Shown here one piece after another: positions 8,488 through 17,745 of a stretch of 64,000 nt of DNA (the stretch's first letter is position 1; every line of letters begins with the position of its first letter). The notes beneath the pieces were generated by a model. That model was not told where the DNA came from. It did not search any database and saw nothing but the letters and a program-made list of their open reading frames with translations. This DNA is from an uncultured Gemmatimonadaceae bacterium. Its GTDB lineage: Bacteria; Gemmatimonadota; Gemmatimonadetes; Gemmatimonadales; GWC2-71-9. The position numbers and the translations under genes were made by a program. The DNA is taken from the NCBI GenBank assembly GCA_964642475.1, contig CAZXRC010000002.1, forward strand, positions 148,028 to 212,027, in the 5' to 3' direction.

Positions 8488-9066
8488 ATGCCCCTGCCCA
8501 ATTCGCCCCCCAATCACGAGGTCACCCAGCTCCTGCAGCGGCTCCGCGCCGGCGATGCCGCCGCCCGGGAGCGCCTGTTCCCACTGGTGTACGAGGAGTT
8601 GAGGCGGGTGGCCCGGCGAGCCCTCCGCCGGGAGCGGGTGGACCACACCCTCCGTCCAACCGAACTGGTACACGAGGCCTTCCTGAAGCTCGGCAGTGCC
8701 GACGGGCCCTGGCAGGATCGGGCCCACTTCCTGGGGGTAGCGGCCAGGGCCATGCGCCAGATCCTGGTCGACCACGCCCGGCGGCGGCTCGCCGGGAAGC
8801 GGGGCGGCGGGGTGGTCGCCACCACCCTCGAAGACGTGCGGGCCGACTCCGGGCTCCCACCGGAGGATCTGCTGGCGCTGGACGCCGCGCTCGACCGGTT
8901 GGAGCGGCAGGACCCGCGCCTCCGCGCCCTGGTGGAGTATCGCTTCTTCGGCGGGCTGACCGACAAGGAAATCTCCGAGCTGCTCGAGATCAGCGAGCGG
9001 ACGGTGAATCGTGACTGGGCCCGTGCCCGCGCCTGGCTGCACAAGGAAGTGTATTCCGCCTCATGA
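8488..9066 (+). CDS. ECF-type RNA polymerase sigma factor (kinase-associated subfamily)
   Basis: ATG 8488 lies inside track ORF 7591..9066. Region 2 (LVYEELRRVARRALRRERVDHTLRPTELVHEAFLKL) and the region 4 HTH (GGLTDKEISELLEISERTVNRDWARARAWL) resemble the subfamily I remember as TIGR02999/ECF43-like. Confidence 0.88.
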   Translation: MPLPNSPPNHEVTQLLQRLRAGDAAARERLFPLVYEELRRVARRALRRERVDHTLRPTELVHEAFLKLGSADGPWQDRAHFLGVAARAMRQILVDHARRRLAGKRGGGVVATTLEDVRADSGLPPEDLLALDAALDRLERQDPRLRALVEYRFFGGLTDKEISELLEISERTVNRDWARARAWLHKEVYSAS

Positions 9067-11834
9067 GCACGGATGACCGGTGGACCCGGTTGATGGAGCT
9101 GTTCGACCAGGCTCGCGAGGTGGCGCCGGGAGAGCGGGACGAGTGGATCGCCCAGAGCTGCGGGGATGACGACGCCCTGCGCCGGGAGCTGGTCCGTATG
9201 CTGGAGGCCGACAGCGGCAACCGGGGGGGGATCCTCGATCTGGAACTCCAGCTCCCCGTTTCCTTCGACGACTACAGTGCTCTCGCCGCCGACCTGTCGG
9301 AGCGGTATGAGTTGACCCGGGAGCTGGGCGAAGGGGGCATGGCCCGGGTCTTCCTGGCCACCGAGCGGAAGCATGGCCGGGCGGTGGTGCTCAAGGTGCT
9401 CAAGCCGGAGATCGCGCGGCACTTCGGGCAGGACCGGTTCAACCGCGAGGCCCGCATCCTCGCCCAGCTGGCCCATCCCCACATCGTCGGGCTGATCGAC
9501 TCCGGTGAGGCGGGGGGCCATCTCTACTACGTCATGCCGTATCTCGAGGGGGAAACCCTGCGGGAGCGGCTCCAGCGTCTCGGTCCCTTGCCGATCCCGA
9601 TGGCGGTGAGCCTGCTGCGCGACATCGCCGACGCGCTCCGGCATGCGCACCAGGCCGGGGTGGTACACCGCGATCTTAAGCCCAGCAACATCTTCATGGT
9701 GGGCGACCACGCCTTTCTTCTCGACTTCGGGATCGCCAAGCTGCTGGAACCCGAGCCGGGCGGTGACCCGCCGACCGAGAGCGGCGCCGCGATCGGCACG
9801 CCGGCCTACATGGCGCCGGAGCAGCGGATCGGCGACCCCCACCTCGATCACCGGGCCGACCTCTACACCTGGGGGGTGGTCGCCTACGAGTGCATCATCG
9901 GACGCCTCCCCGACAATCAGATCCTCCCGGTCTCGGCCGGCGACATCGTGGATCGGCGCTCCGAGACCCCACCCGCCCTGGCCCGGTTGATCGCCGAGTG
10001 CCTCTCGCCCGCGGCGGAAGACCGGCCGGGCGACGCCGACCGGATCGCGCGCGCGCTCGAGGGGCGGATGAGCGCCGCGGTCCCGGTCCGGGACGGCCCA
10101 GTGGCAGGCCGCCGCTGGCGCCTGACTACCGCGCTCATGGGAGTCCTCGGCGTGGTGGCGCTGGGAGGGACGCTGACCTGGAGGTCCCGGGTGCGCGACG
10201 AGGGCACTCTCCATGCGCCCATCGCGGTGAGTGCGTTCAGCAACGAGACCGGCGACCCTTCTCTCGACACCTGGGGACGCCTGGCCGGCGACTGGATTAC
10301 CGAGGGGCTGCACGGCCTTGGCTCGCTTGGGGTGGTACCGTGGAGCACGTCGCTCAAGGCCTCCGAGCTCATCACTGAGGAGCGCGCCGCCTCCCGGCCG
10401 GTGGATCCGGTCGCGGTGCTTCGCGCCGAGACCGGCGCGGCAACCGTAATCACCGGCTCCTACTACCGGGTAGGCGATTCGCTCCGGTTTCACGCGGAAA
10501 TTGCCGACGCCGAGGCCCGGCGGGTTATCGCCACCCTGCCTCCGGTGACCGCTCCGGTCGCCGCGCCGGAGGGAGGCATCTCGGAACTCCGCCAGCGCGT
10601 GATGGGCATGGTGGCGGTGAGCCAGAACCTGGGGGTGTCGCACGTCAGCGGCCTGACGCGCCGCCCCCCGACCTTCGAGGCCTACCAGGCCTTCGACCGG
10701 GGCCTGACCCTGAGCCGGAACCAGGAGTACGAACAGTCGCTCCCCGAGTTCCTCCGGGCCTTTGAGCTGGACACCCAGTTCGTTTCCGCTCTGCTCTCGG
10801 CCGCCACGAGCAGCTGGAACGCGGGGGAGCCTGAGAAGATGGACTCGTTGCTCAAGGAGGCCCGCAAGCGCGAAGGCTCGCTTTCCGAGTACCAGCGCCT
10901 GCGGCTCGAAGGGATGGAGGCGAGAATTGCCGGCGACGGACAGGCGGAACTCGCCGCGCTACGGCGGGCGGCGGCGGCGGCCCCCAACTCGCAGGCGGTC
11001 TACAACCTGGCGGACGTGGCCCTCAACACCGACCGGCCGGATGAGGCTCGCCAGGCGCTGGAAGGTCTCGATCCCGACCGGGGCGAGATGCGAGGGTGGA
11101 CACCGTACTGGTACGATCTGACCCACGCCTACCACCTGCTGGGACGGCACGATTCGGAGCTGCTTGCCGCCCGCGAGCTTCGGCGTCGCTACCCCGATCG
11201 CCGGGCCGGGCTGGTCTTCGAGGTGCGGGCGCTGGCCGCGGCGGGCGACACCGCCGCGGTCGACCGGGTGCTGGCGGAGGGTCGATCGCTTCCCCCCAAT
11301 ACCTACTGGTCTCAGGGCGCAGCCCTCACGGTGGCGGGGGAGGAACTGCAGGCCCACGGCCTGGGTCAGGCGGGCTGGCGCTATCTCACCGAGGCGGTGA
11401 GCTGGCTCGACCGGCAGCTGGCGCTCACCCCGGGCGACCGATCCCACCGGTACTGGCTGGCCAGTGCACTCTACGATCTGGGCGACTGGCGCCGTTCGCT
11501 GGGGGTATCACGCGATCTGTCGAAGCAGTTTCCCAACCGGATGGACTACCGGATTCTCGCCGCGGTGGCGGCGGCCCGGCTGGGGCTCCCCGAGGCGGAT
11601 AGCACCGTGAGATCGGTCCGCCCGCATGAGCGGGGAGCCGCGGCAATGCTGCGGGCCCGGCTCGCCACGATCCGGGGCCAGCCCGACGCCGCGCTCGGCC
11701 TCTACAGCGAAGCCACTCAACTCGGCGTCAATGGGCTGCCCTGGATTCACGCCTCGGCGGCGTACGACCTCTTCCTTCTGGGCGAGGCGCGCCACCGCCT
11801 GCCCCTTTCGCTCCGGGCGGGCCTCAAGCCCTGA
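9063..11834 (+). CDS. membrane Ser/Thr protein kinase with large extracytoplasmic TPR-like C-terminal region
   Basis: Hanks motifs GEGGMARVF, VVLKVLK, HRDLKPSNIF, DFGIAK and GTPAYMAPE. TM segment WRLTTALMGVLGVVALGGTL. ATG 9063 overlaps the sigma-factor stop (ATGA). Confidence 0.9.
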   Translation: MSTDDRWTRLMELFDQAREVAPGERDEWIAQSCGDDDALRRELVRMLEADSGNRGGILDLELQLPVSFDDYSALAADLSERYELTRELGEGGMARVFLATERKHGRAVVLKVLKPEIARHFGQDRFNREARILAQLAHPHIVGLIDSGEAGGHLYYVMPYLEGETLRERLQRLGPLPIPMAVSLLRDIADALRHAHQAGVVHRDLKPSNIFMVGDHAFLLDFGIAKLLEPEPGGDPPTESGAAIGTPAYMAPEQRIGDPHLDHRADLYTWGVVAYECIIGRLPDNQILPVSAGDIVDRRSETPPALARLIAECLSPAAEDRPGDADRIARALEGRMSAAVPVRDGPVAGRRWRLTTALMGVLGVVALGGTLTWRSRVRDEGTLHAPIAVSAFSNETGDPSLDTWGRLAGDWITEGLHGLGSLGVVPWSTSLKASELITEERAASRPVDPVAVLRAETGAATVITGSYYRVGDSLRFHAEIADAEARRVIATLPPVTAPVAAPEGGISELRQRVMGMVAVSQNLGVSHVSGLTRRPPTFEAYQAFDRGLTLSRNQEYEQSLPEFLRAFELDTQFVSALLSAATSSWNAGEPEKMDSLLKEARKREGSLSEYQRLRLEGMEARIAGDGQAELAALRRAAAAAPNSQAVYNLADVALNTDRPDEARQALEGLDPDRGEMRGWTPYWYDLTHAYHLLGRHDSELLAARELRRRYPDRRAGLVFEVRALAAAGDTAAVDRVLAEGRSLPPNTYWSQGAALTVAGEELQAHGLGQAGWRYLTEAVSWLDRQLALTPGDRSHRYWLASALYDLGDWRRSLGVSRDLSKQFPNRMDYRILAAVAAARLGLPEADSTVRSVRPHERGAAAMLRARLATIRGQPDAALGLYSEATQLGVNGLPWIHASAAYDLFLLGEARHRLPLSLRAGLKP

Positions 11835-11882
11835 TGGGCGGGGTGCGCCCCAGGTCGCACCGGTCACCGGCCCCCTTCGGCT

Positions 11883-12110
11883 GGACTCTCCAATCAGCGG
11901 CTCTCGCAGGGGCGATCCGACGCGGCAGCGCGCTACCTGGTGAGCCAGGGCGTCCGGAAGGGGCGGGTGTCGACCAGGGGCATGGGCGAATCGGAGCTGA
12001 GGGCGAGCGACGAGACCGAAGCCGGGCGGCAGCAGAACCGCCGGGTGTAGCTCGCGATCGACGCCAGCGACTCCCACAAGGCCGAACTGGCCCGGCGCAA
12101 CCCGCGCTGA
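11883..12110 (+). pseudogene. OmpA-family peptidoglycan-binding domain remnant (C-terminal half only, internal TAG)
   Basis: ..GLSNQRLSQGRSDAAARYLVSQGVRKGRVSTRGMGESELRASDETEAGRQQNRRV*LAIDASDSHKAELARRNPR* matches the OmpA_C consensus (N..LS..RA.AV..YL...GV...R....G.GE..P......GR..NRRVE). It has no start codon and no N-terminal half. TAG at 12048-12050 sits where Glu is expected. Confidence 0.6.
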
Positions 12111-12116
12111 GCGCCC

Positions 12117-13469
12117 TCAACCCATGACGAGGGCGGCTGCGCCGGCCAGCAGCACCACGCCGACGAGAGCCGGGGCGAGGTAGCGGATCAGCGCCCGCCA
12201 GAGTCGAAAGTCGCCCGACCGGCCCAGTCCCAACTCGCTCCGCGTCGCCCGACGGGACATGGCCCAACCGGCGAAGATCGCCAGCCCCAGTGCCGCGCCA
12301 GGGAGCAGGAGATCGGCAGCCAGGCGGCGAAGGACGTCGGCCAGGCCCCACTCCGGCCCCGCCAGGGTGGCGAACGTCCCGAGCGCCCAGGCGCTCCCCA
12401 CCGCCCAAAGGACCGCCCGTCCCCGCCCCACCCTGTAGCGCCCCACCAGTTGTTCCACCACCGAATGGAGCACCGCCAGTCCCCCGGCGGCTCCACCCAG
12501 CAGCACCAGCCCATACCATGCTGCGATCAGCAGGGGTTGCCCCAGGTCGGTGTGCAAGGCCGCGGGGACCTGTCCCAGCATCAGCGCGCGCCCCTCGATC
12601 GGCGGCATCCGAACCGGGTGAAGCACCCCTGCGACGAGCGCGACGGCGAGAACGCTCGCCACCAGCGCGATCGATCCGAGACTGACGGAAGTGCGGAGGA
12701 TCGAGCGGCTGGAGGGGAGCGACGCACCGTGCGCCATCACGGTTCCGAGCGTAATCCCCAGGGTGAGGAGGGCCAACCGGGTGGCTTCGATCACACCCCA
12801 CAGCCCCAGGGCCCGGGCATCGAACGAGAGCCTGCCGGCCAACCCCGCGGCCGACCGGTCCGACCCCAGTGCAATCCCCACGAGCAGGAGGAGAAGCAGC
12901 ACCGACGCCAGGGCGATGGCGGCATAGATCCGCGAGCGGAGCCGGCTGGGGGCGGCGGCCACCGCGCCGATCCCGAGGAAGAAGATCACCTCCTCCGCCA
13001 GGCCCGCCGGATGGAAGTAGGTGCCACCGGGGGGGGCCAGGTAGCCGGAAGCGGCCAAGGCACCACAGCCCTGACGGAAGAGCAGCAGTCCGGCCTGGGC
13101 CGCCACCGAGCTCCCGGAAGCGAGGAGGAGCACGCCGGCCAAGCCTCCGATGGCGGCCACCCAGCGCCAGCGACAGGGACGGCCTTCCTCCCGTGCCACC
13201 CGGTCGTAGCACCCGGCGGGGGTGGCCCGACCGCGCCGACCGATCATGAGTTCGGCCATGTGCAGGGGCAGCCCGATCAGCAGCAGTGCCACCAGGTAGG
13301 CCAGCAGGAAGGCACAGCCGCCATACTGATCCAGCAGGCCCGGCAACCGCCAGGCACTGCCCAGTCCCAGGGCCACCCCCACGGTGGCCAGCCCCACAAA
13401 GGCAGGGCCGGACCAGTGGTCTGTGCTGGGTGAGCGGCATGAGGGAATACGCCGCTCCCGGGATGGCAT
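12117..13469 (-). CDS. sodium-dependent transporter, NSS/SNF family (divergent)
   Basis: WSGPAFVGLATVGVALGLGSAWRLPGLLDQYGGCAFLLAYLVALLLIGLPLHMAELMIG resembles the NSS signature (GLGN.WRFPY..NGGGAFL..G.P....E). The protein is polytopic and hydrophobic. Start moved to ATG 13469, because the track ORF runs on to 13691 across the recQ 3' end. Confidence 0.8.
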   Translation of the reverse strand: MPSRERRIPSCRSPSTDHWSGPAFVGLATVGVALGLGSAWRLPGLLDQYGGCAFLLAYLVALLLIGLPLHMAELMIGRRGRATPAGCYDRVAREEGRPCRWRWVAAIGGLAGVLLLASGSSVAAQAGLLLFRQGCGALAASGYLAPPGGTYFHPAGLAEEVIFFLGIGAVAAAPSRLRSRIYAAIALASVLLLLLLVGIALGSDRSAAGLAGRLSFDARALGLWGVIEATRLALLTLGITLGTVMAHGASLPSSRSILRTSVSLGSIALVASVLAVALVAGVLHPVRMPPIEGRALMLGQVPAALHTDLGQPLLIAAWYGLVLLGGAAGGLAVLHSVVEQLVGRYRVGRGRAVLWAVGSAWALGTFATLAGPEWGLADVLRRLAADLLLPGAALGLAIFAGWAMSRRATRSELGLGRSGDFRLWRALIRYLAPALVGVVLLAGAAALVMG

Positions 13470-13545
13470 GACAACTGTGGCCAAGGGCGCCTCCGAGGGG
13501 TCACATCGAGATGCGGATTCCCCCTCATGGCACCGCCAAGCCTGG

Positions 13546-14952
13546 TCAGCCGCTCGCAGTCCGAACCCGCGCCAGGGCGCTCCGCAACCGCCGGAAGGGC
13601 CGGCGATCGGCACAGGCATCGCACCCGGCGCACGGACCCGGCTCTTCCCCGAAATACCGGAGCAGCACTTCCCGGCGGCAGCGGTGCCCACCGGCGTAGC
13701 GCTCCATCACCCTCAGGCGGGCGATGGCAGCGTCCTTTCGGCGCTCGACCCGCCTCCAGTCCACCGACCCGGCCGCGGGCGAGAGTTCCCGGGCCAGCCG
13801 GTCGGCGGAGGCGACCACGGCAGCCGGATGCCGCCGGCGCCGGTCAGGGGAGGCCCAGATCTCTTCCAGCACCCTGCGGGGGGGAAAGGTCACCTCGAGC
13901 TGGCGGTAGTGGATTCCGGCATCGGCCCGGTGATTGAGGAGCAGGCAGGTGGAGGGCTGGCCATCGCGTCCGGCCCGCCCCGCTTCCTGGTAGTACGCCT
14001 CCGGCGTCGGTGGCATCCCCCAGTGCACGACCAATCGAACCCGGGGCGCGTCGATGCCCATTCCGAAGGCCGAGGTCGCCGTTACGACATCCAGGTCCTC
14101 GGCGAGGAACCGCTGCAGCACTTCGTTCCGACGTTCACGGGTAAGGCCGGCGTGGTAGGCCATGGCGCGATGACCGGCAAAGTGGAGCCGGTGCGCCAGA
14201 GCATCCGCGGCATTGCGGGTGGAGACGTAGACGATTGTGAGACCGGGCCGCTCCTCCAGGCGGGACAGAAGCAGTCCCAGGCGGTCACGCCGGTGGCGCA
14301 GCCCGGCCACCCCGAAGGAGAGATTGGGCCGGTCAAACGAGCCGAGGTGGAGGTCCGGCCTCTTGAGGCCCAACGAGGTCACGATGTCCTGCCGCACCGC
14401 CGGCGTGGCGCTCCCGGTTAGCGCGATGGTCGGGGGACCGCCCAGTGCCTCGCGGAACCCTCCGATCAGGCGGTAGCTGGGCCGAAAATCGTGACCCCAT
14501 TCGCTGATGCAGTGGGCCTCGTCGACCGCGAGCAGGGCGGCCCGGATCGACAGCGCCGCGAGCTCTCCCACCGTCCGCTCGGCCCGTTCGGGCGACAGGT
14601 ACAGGAGCCGTAGCGAGCGATCGGCCAGCCGGGCCCGCACCCCCTGTTGCGCCTCGCGGGGCATGAGGCTGTTGAGGCAATCGGCCGGAATGCCCCGGGC
14701 CTTGAGGGCCGCCACCTGGTCCTGCATGAGCGCCACCAGCGGGGAGATGACGATGGTGAGGCCCCCCAGCACCAGGGCCGGGACCTGGAAGCAGATGGAC
14801 TTGCCGCCGCCGGTGGGGAGCACCGCGAGCGCGTCCCGCCCCGCCAGGACCGACTGGACGACCCGGCGCTGGAGGGGGCGGAAATCGCGGAAGCCGTAGC
14901 ACCCGTGGAGCTGGCGGCGTGCCTCACCGAGGCGAGCATGGAGTTGCGACAC
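13546..14952 (-). CDS. recQ: RecQ-family ATP-dependent DNA helicase (short form, no HRDC)
   Basis: PTGGGKS, VDEAHCISEWGHDFRPSY, LTGSATP, AFGMGIDAPRVRLVVHW and QEAGRAGRDG, plus a C-terminal Cys cluster (CAGCDAC). GTG start 14952. Confidence 0.9.
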   Translation of the reverse strand: MSQLHARLGEARRQLHGCYGFRDFRPLQRRVVQSVLAGRDALAVLPTGGGKSICFQVPALVLGGLTIVISPLVALMQDQVAALKARGIPADCLNSLMPREAQQGVRARLADRSLRLLYLSPERAERTVGELAALSIRAALLAVDEAHCISEWGHDFRPSYRLIGGFREALGGPPTIALTGSATPAVRQDIVTSLGLKRPDLHLGSFDRPNLSFGVAGLRHRRDRLGLLLSRLEERPGLTIVYVSTRNAADALAHRLHFAGHRAMAYHAGLTRERRNEVLQRFLAEDLDVVTATSAFGMGIDAPRVRLVVHWGMPPTPEAYYQEAGRAGRDGQPSTCLLLNHRADAGIHYRQLEVTFPPRRVLEEIWASPDRRRRHPAAVVASADRLARELSPAAGSVDWRRVERRKDAAIARLRVMERYAGGHRCRREVLLRYFGEEPGPCAGCDACADRRPFRRLRSALARVRTASG

Positions 14953-15028
14953 GGCGCCAGCATAATTCCCGGCGCTGCTGAGCCGGTCTGCGGAAGAACG
15001 CGGGGGACGGCGAGGAAACGCGGGGGGG

Positions 15029-15199
15029 TCAGCCGCGGTCGGTTGGAGGCTTCTCCCTTCGGCGGGTCCAGAGACGGAGGGCCAGGGCGACGGCCAGCGC
15101 CACCATCGAGGCCCAGACGAGGAGCCGGTTCTCGGTGGCCACTCCAGCCAGCGCCAGGATGAAACCCAGCAGGGCCGAAAAGAGGCGGGCCCGGTTCAT
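15029..15199 (-). CDS. small two-TM membrane protein (56 aa), not in the ORF track
   Basis: Hand translation: MNRARLFSALLGFILALAGVATENRLLVWASMVALAVALALRLWTRRREKPPTDRG*. ATG 15199 overlaps the crotonase stop (ATGA). G/C third-position bias is like that of neighbouring genes. Confidence 0.45.
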   Translation of the reverse strand: MNRARLFSALLGFILALAGVATENRLLVWASMVALAVALALRLWTRRREKPPTDRG

Positions 15200-15945
15200 T
15201 TCTTGAGGAAGGCGGCCACAGCGTTTCGGAAATCGGGGTGCGCCCGAGCCAGGGCGTTGACCTGGGCGCCGAGGGCGATCCCCTCCTCGAAAGTGCGGCC
15301 ATCGAGCTCGTAGAAGAGCCGCTTGATGAGACTCAAGGCCGAGGCGGAGCTGCCGGCCAGTTGGGCGAGTAGGGCGTTGGCCGAGGTCTCGAGTCCCGCG
15401 TCCGGCACCACCTGCGAGACCAACCCCAATTCCAGGGCCTCGGCGGCGGTCACCAGTCGACCGGTGACCACCAGGTCGAAGGCCCGCTTCTCCCCGATCA
15501 GCCGGCGGAGGATCGTCATCACCATGGCCGGGACGAAGCCACGTTGGACCTCGGGGTACCCGAACTGGGCGCTGGCGGCCGCCAGCACCAGATCGCAGGC
15601 GGTGGCGAGACCGGCCCCACCGGCCAGCGCCCGCCCGTGGACCACCGCCACGACCGGTCGAGGCGACCGCCGAATGGCGCTGAACACTGCCCCGAGCCGG
15701 GCCGCGGCCTCGGCGTTTTCCTCCGCGGTGCGCCCGGCCGACGCGAGCAGCTCGTCGAGATCGGCGCCGGCGCAGAAGTCCCTCCCCGCGCCGTTGATTG
15801 CGACCACCCGGACTGCGGGATCGAGCTCGGCCTGCTCCAGCGCCCGGGTCAGCCCGGCGATGGTCGCGGCGTCGAGGGCATTGCGCTTCTCGGGGCGGTT
15901 GAGCGTCAGACGCAGGACACCGTCGGTGAGTTGGGTCAGAAGCAC
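15196..15945 (-). CDS. enoyl-CoA hydratase/isomerase (crotonase) family protein
   Basis: LRLTLNRPEKRNALD and INGAGRDFCAGADL are crotonase-fold landmarks. 249 aa. GTG start 15945. Confidence 0.9.
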   Translation of the reverse strand: MLLTQLTDGVLRLTLNRPEKRNALDAATIAGLTRALEQAELDPAVRVVAINGAGRDFCAGADLDELLASAGRTAEENAEAAARLGAVFSAIRRSPRPVVAVVHGRALAGGAGLATACDLVLAAASAQFGYPEVQRGFVPAMVMTILRRLIGEKRAFDLVVTGRLVTAAEALELGLVSQVVPDAGLETSANALLAQLAGSSASALSLIKRLFYELDGRTFEEGIALGAQVNALARAHPDFRNAVAAFLKK

Positions 15946-15949
15946 GGAT

Positions 15950-15977
15950 GTTCCGAGTTCCGAGTTCCGAGTTCCGA
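15950..15977. repeat. solo tandem heptamer array (GTTCCGA)4
   Basis: Four perfect GTTCCGA units fill most of the 40-nt gap between stop 15986-15988 and GTG 15945. No inverted partner lies nearby. Confidence 0.9.
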
Positions 15978-15985
15978 GGGGACGG

Positions 15986-16372
15986 TCATCGGGCCGGCTT
16001 CACCCGGCGGGCGAGGGCCAGCGGCACCGGGATCTCCATCCGCAGCAACGCGGTGGAGTACACCTTGCCTTGAGCGTCGGTCTTGAGCGAGATGGTCCCG
16101 CCCCCGTCCAGCGCGCCATGCAGCAGGAAGTTGAGCGCCTTGAGGTTGGGGAGCTCGAAGCGGTCCACCCCGCTGACCATCCCCTTGAAGTGCTTCGCCA
16201 CGCGGGCCCGGGTGACTTCCTTCACGAGGATGGGGTAATACTCCTCCTCGAGTGCGATCAGCCCGACATTGGCGGTATCGCCCTTGTCGCCCGACCGGGC
16301 ATGGGCCAGGTAGCGCAACTGGATCGCTCGGGTCCCGCTCGCAGGCGGACGGGCCCTGGTCTTGTTGGTCAC
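15986..16372 (-). CDS. small AtuA-associated protein (AtuA C-terminal-module-like, DUF4387-type)
   Basis: 128 aa (..[22 protein letters not shown]..). It overlaps the upstream AtuA-family gene by ATGA (16369-16372). Family assignment is from memory. Confidence 0.75.
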   Translation of the reverse strand: MTNKTRARPPASGTRAIQLRYLAHARSGDKGDTANVGLIALEEEYYPILVKEVTRARVAKHFKGMVSGVDRFELPNLKALNFLLHGALDGGGTISLKTDAQGKVYSTALLRMEIPVPLALARRVKPAR

Positions 16373-17745
16373 GGTTCCAGAATCTCCACGCGAACATGGG
16401 GCTCGATCTCGGTCCGGTCGATCAGCGCCGGCCAGTAGGCGACCACTTCCTGCACCTCGGGGCGCCCGCCGGCGAAGCCGGTGACACTGGGCGGGCCGGT
16501 GAGCACCAGCGGCGCGATCTCCCGAGTGAAACGCTCGACCGCGGCCTTGTCGCGGGCCCGCACCCCGATGCGGAGCTGTACTTCCGGCGCCTCGGGATCG
16601 GGGGGCCCCGCCAGGGCGCCATGGGTCGCGTTGACACCCACATACTCGGTGAGGATCTGCTCGTACCGCAGGCCCAGGTCCGCGAGGCGTTCCCGGAGGA
16701 TCCGGTCGGCGGCCCTGGCCTTGTCATAGGCCTCGGGCCAGGAGTAGACCAGCGTACCCACCGCCTTGTACCCGTAGAAATACGCGATCGACACCTTGAG
16801 CAGGTCGGTCCGCGGTCGCCCGCGGATCCCGCTCACCCGCACCCGGTCCTTGCCGGCCTGGCGCAGCCGGATCGAGGTGAAGTCGGCGATGCCGTCGGGC
16901 GTGATGTAGGTGTGGGGATCGCCCATTTCGTAGACCAGCTGCTCGGTGACCGACGGCACGCTCACCACGCCGCCGGTCCCGGGATGCTTGGTGATCACAA
17001 AGGTCCCGTCGGCGCTGGCCTCGGCAATGGGGAAGCCGGGATTGACCATCCCCTTCACCTTGCGCCAGTCGCGCAGCAGGTTGCCGCCCGACGACTGGGC
17101 GCCGCATTCGATGATATGTCCCGCCACCGTTCCCGCCGCCACCTTGTCCCAGTCGTCCACCGCCCAGCCGAACTCGTAGAACAGGGGACCGAGGGTCAGC
17201 CCGGTGTCGGTGACCCGGCCGGTAATGACGACGTGGGCCCCGCCCTTGAGGGCCTCCACGATGGGGCTCATCCCCAGGTAGGCGTTGGCGGACAGCACCT
17301 GGTCACGAATGGTCGAGAGCGGGCGACCGGTGTCCATGTCGCGCAGCTCGTGCCCCTTCGCGAGCAGCTCGTCGAGCCGGGGCAGGATATCGTCGCCAGT
17401 CACCAGCGCGATGCGGACCTGGCGCGAGAGCCCCAGCTTCCGGGCCGCCTCGCGCACCGCCTCGGCGCAGGCCCGGGGGTTTACCCCGCCGGCATTGCTG
17501 GTCACCCGGACCCCCCGGGTGGCCAGCTCGGGGAGGATCCGCTCCATCAGCGGGACGAAGTCGCGGGCATATCCGAGCTTCGGGTCGCGCGACTTCTGCT
17601 TCTGCATGATGGACATGGTGACTTCGGCCAGGTAATCCATCATCAGGTAATCGATGGCCCCCCCCTGGACCTGGCGGACCGGCGCTTCGAGCCAGTCGCC
17701 CCAGAAGCCCTGCCCCGCCGCCACCCGCACCGTGCGCGCTGTCAT
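16369..17745 (-). CDS. acyclic-terpene-utilisation AtuA-family protein (DUF1446)
   Basis: [42 protein letters not shown].. matches the AtuA/DUF1446 N-terminus as I remember it. 458 aa. Confidence 0.85.
   Translation of the reverse strand: MTARTVRVAAGQGFWGDWLEAPVRQVQGGAIDYLMMDYLAEVTMSIMQKQKSRDPKLGYARDFVPLMERILPELATRGVRVTSNAGGVNPRACAEAVREAARKLGLSRQVRIALVTGDDILPRLDELLAKGHELRDMDTGRPLSTIRDQVLSANAYLGMSPIVEALKGGAHVVITGRVTDTGLTLGPLFYEFGWAVDDWDKVAAGTVAGHIIECGAQSSGGNLLRDWRKVKGMVNPGFPIAEASADGTFVITKHPGTGGVVSVPSVTEQLVYEMGDPHTYITPDGIADFTSIRLRQAGKDRVRVSGIRGRPRTDLLKVSIAYFYGYKAVGTLVYSWPEAYDKARAADRILRERLADLGLRYEQILTEYVGVNATHGALAGPPDPEAPEVQLRIGVRARDKAAVERFTREIAPLVLTGPPSVTGFAGGRPEVQEVVAYWPALIDRTEIEPHVRVEILEP

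Noticed and set aside
7591-9066. A 491-aa ORF containing the ECF sigma factor.
   Set aside because: The first ~300 codons overlap the hybrid kinase gene out of frame and are Arg/Gly/Pro-rich. The sigma-factor homology starts at ATG 8488, after the kinase stop and hairpin.
11832-12110. Stop-codon read-through fusing the kinase to the OmpA-like domain.
   Set aside because: The in-frame arrangement is intriguing. However, only half of an OmpA_C domain is present, a second in-frame stop (TAG 12048) interrupts it, and the linker has no domain sequence. Decay after a rearrangement is the simpler reading. It is reported as a remnant.
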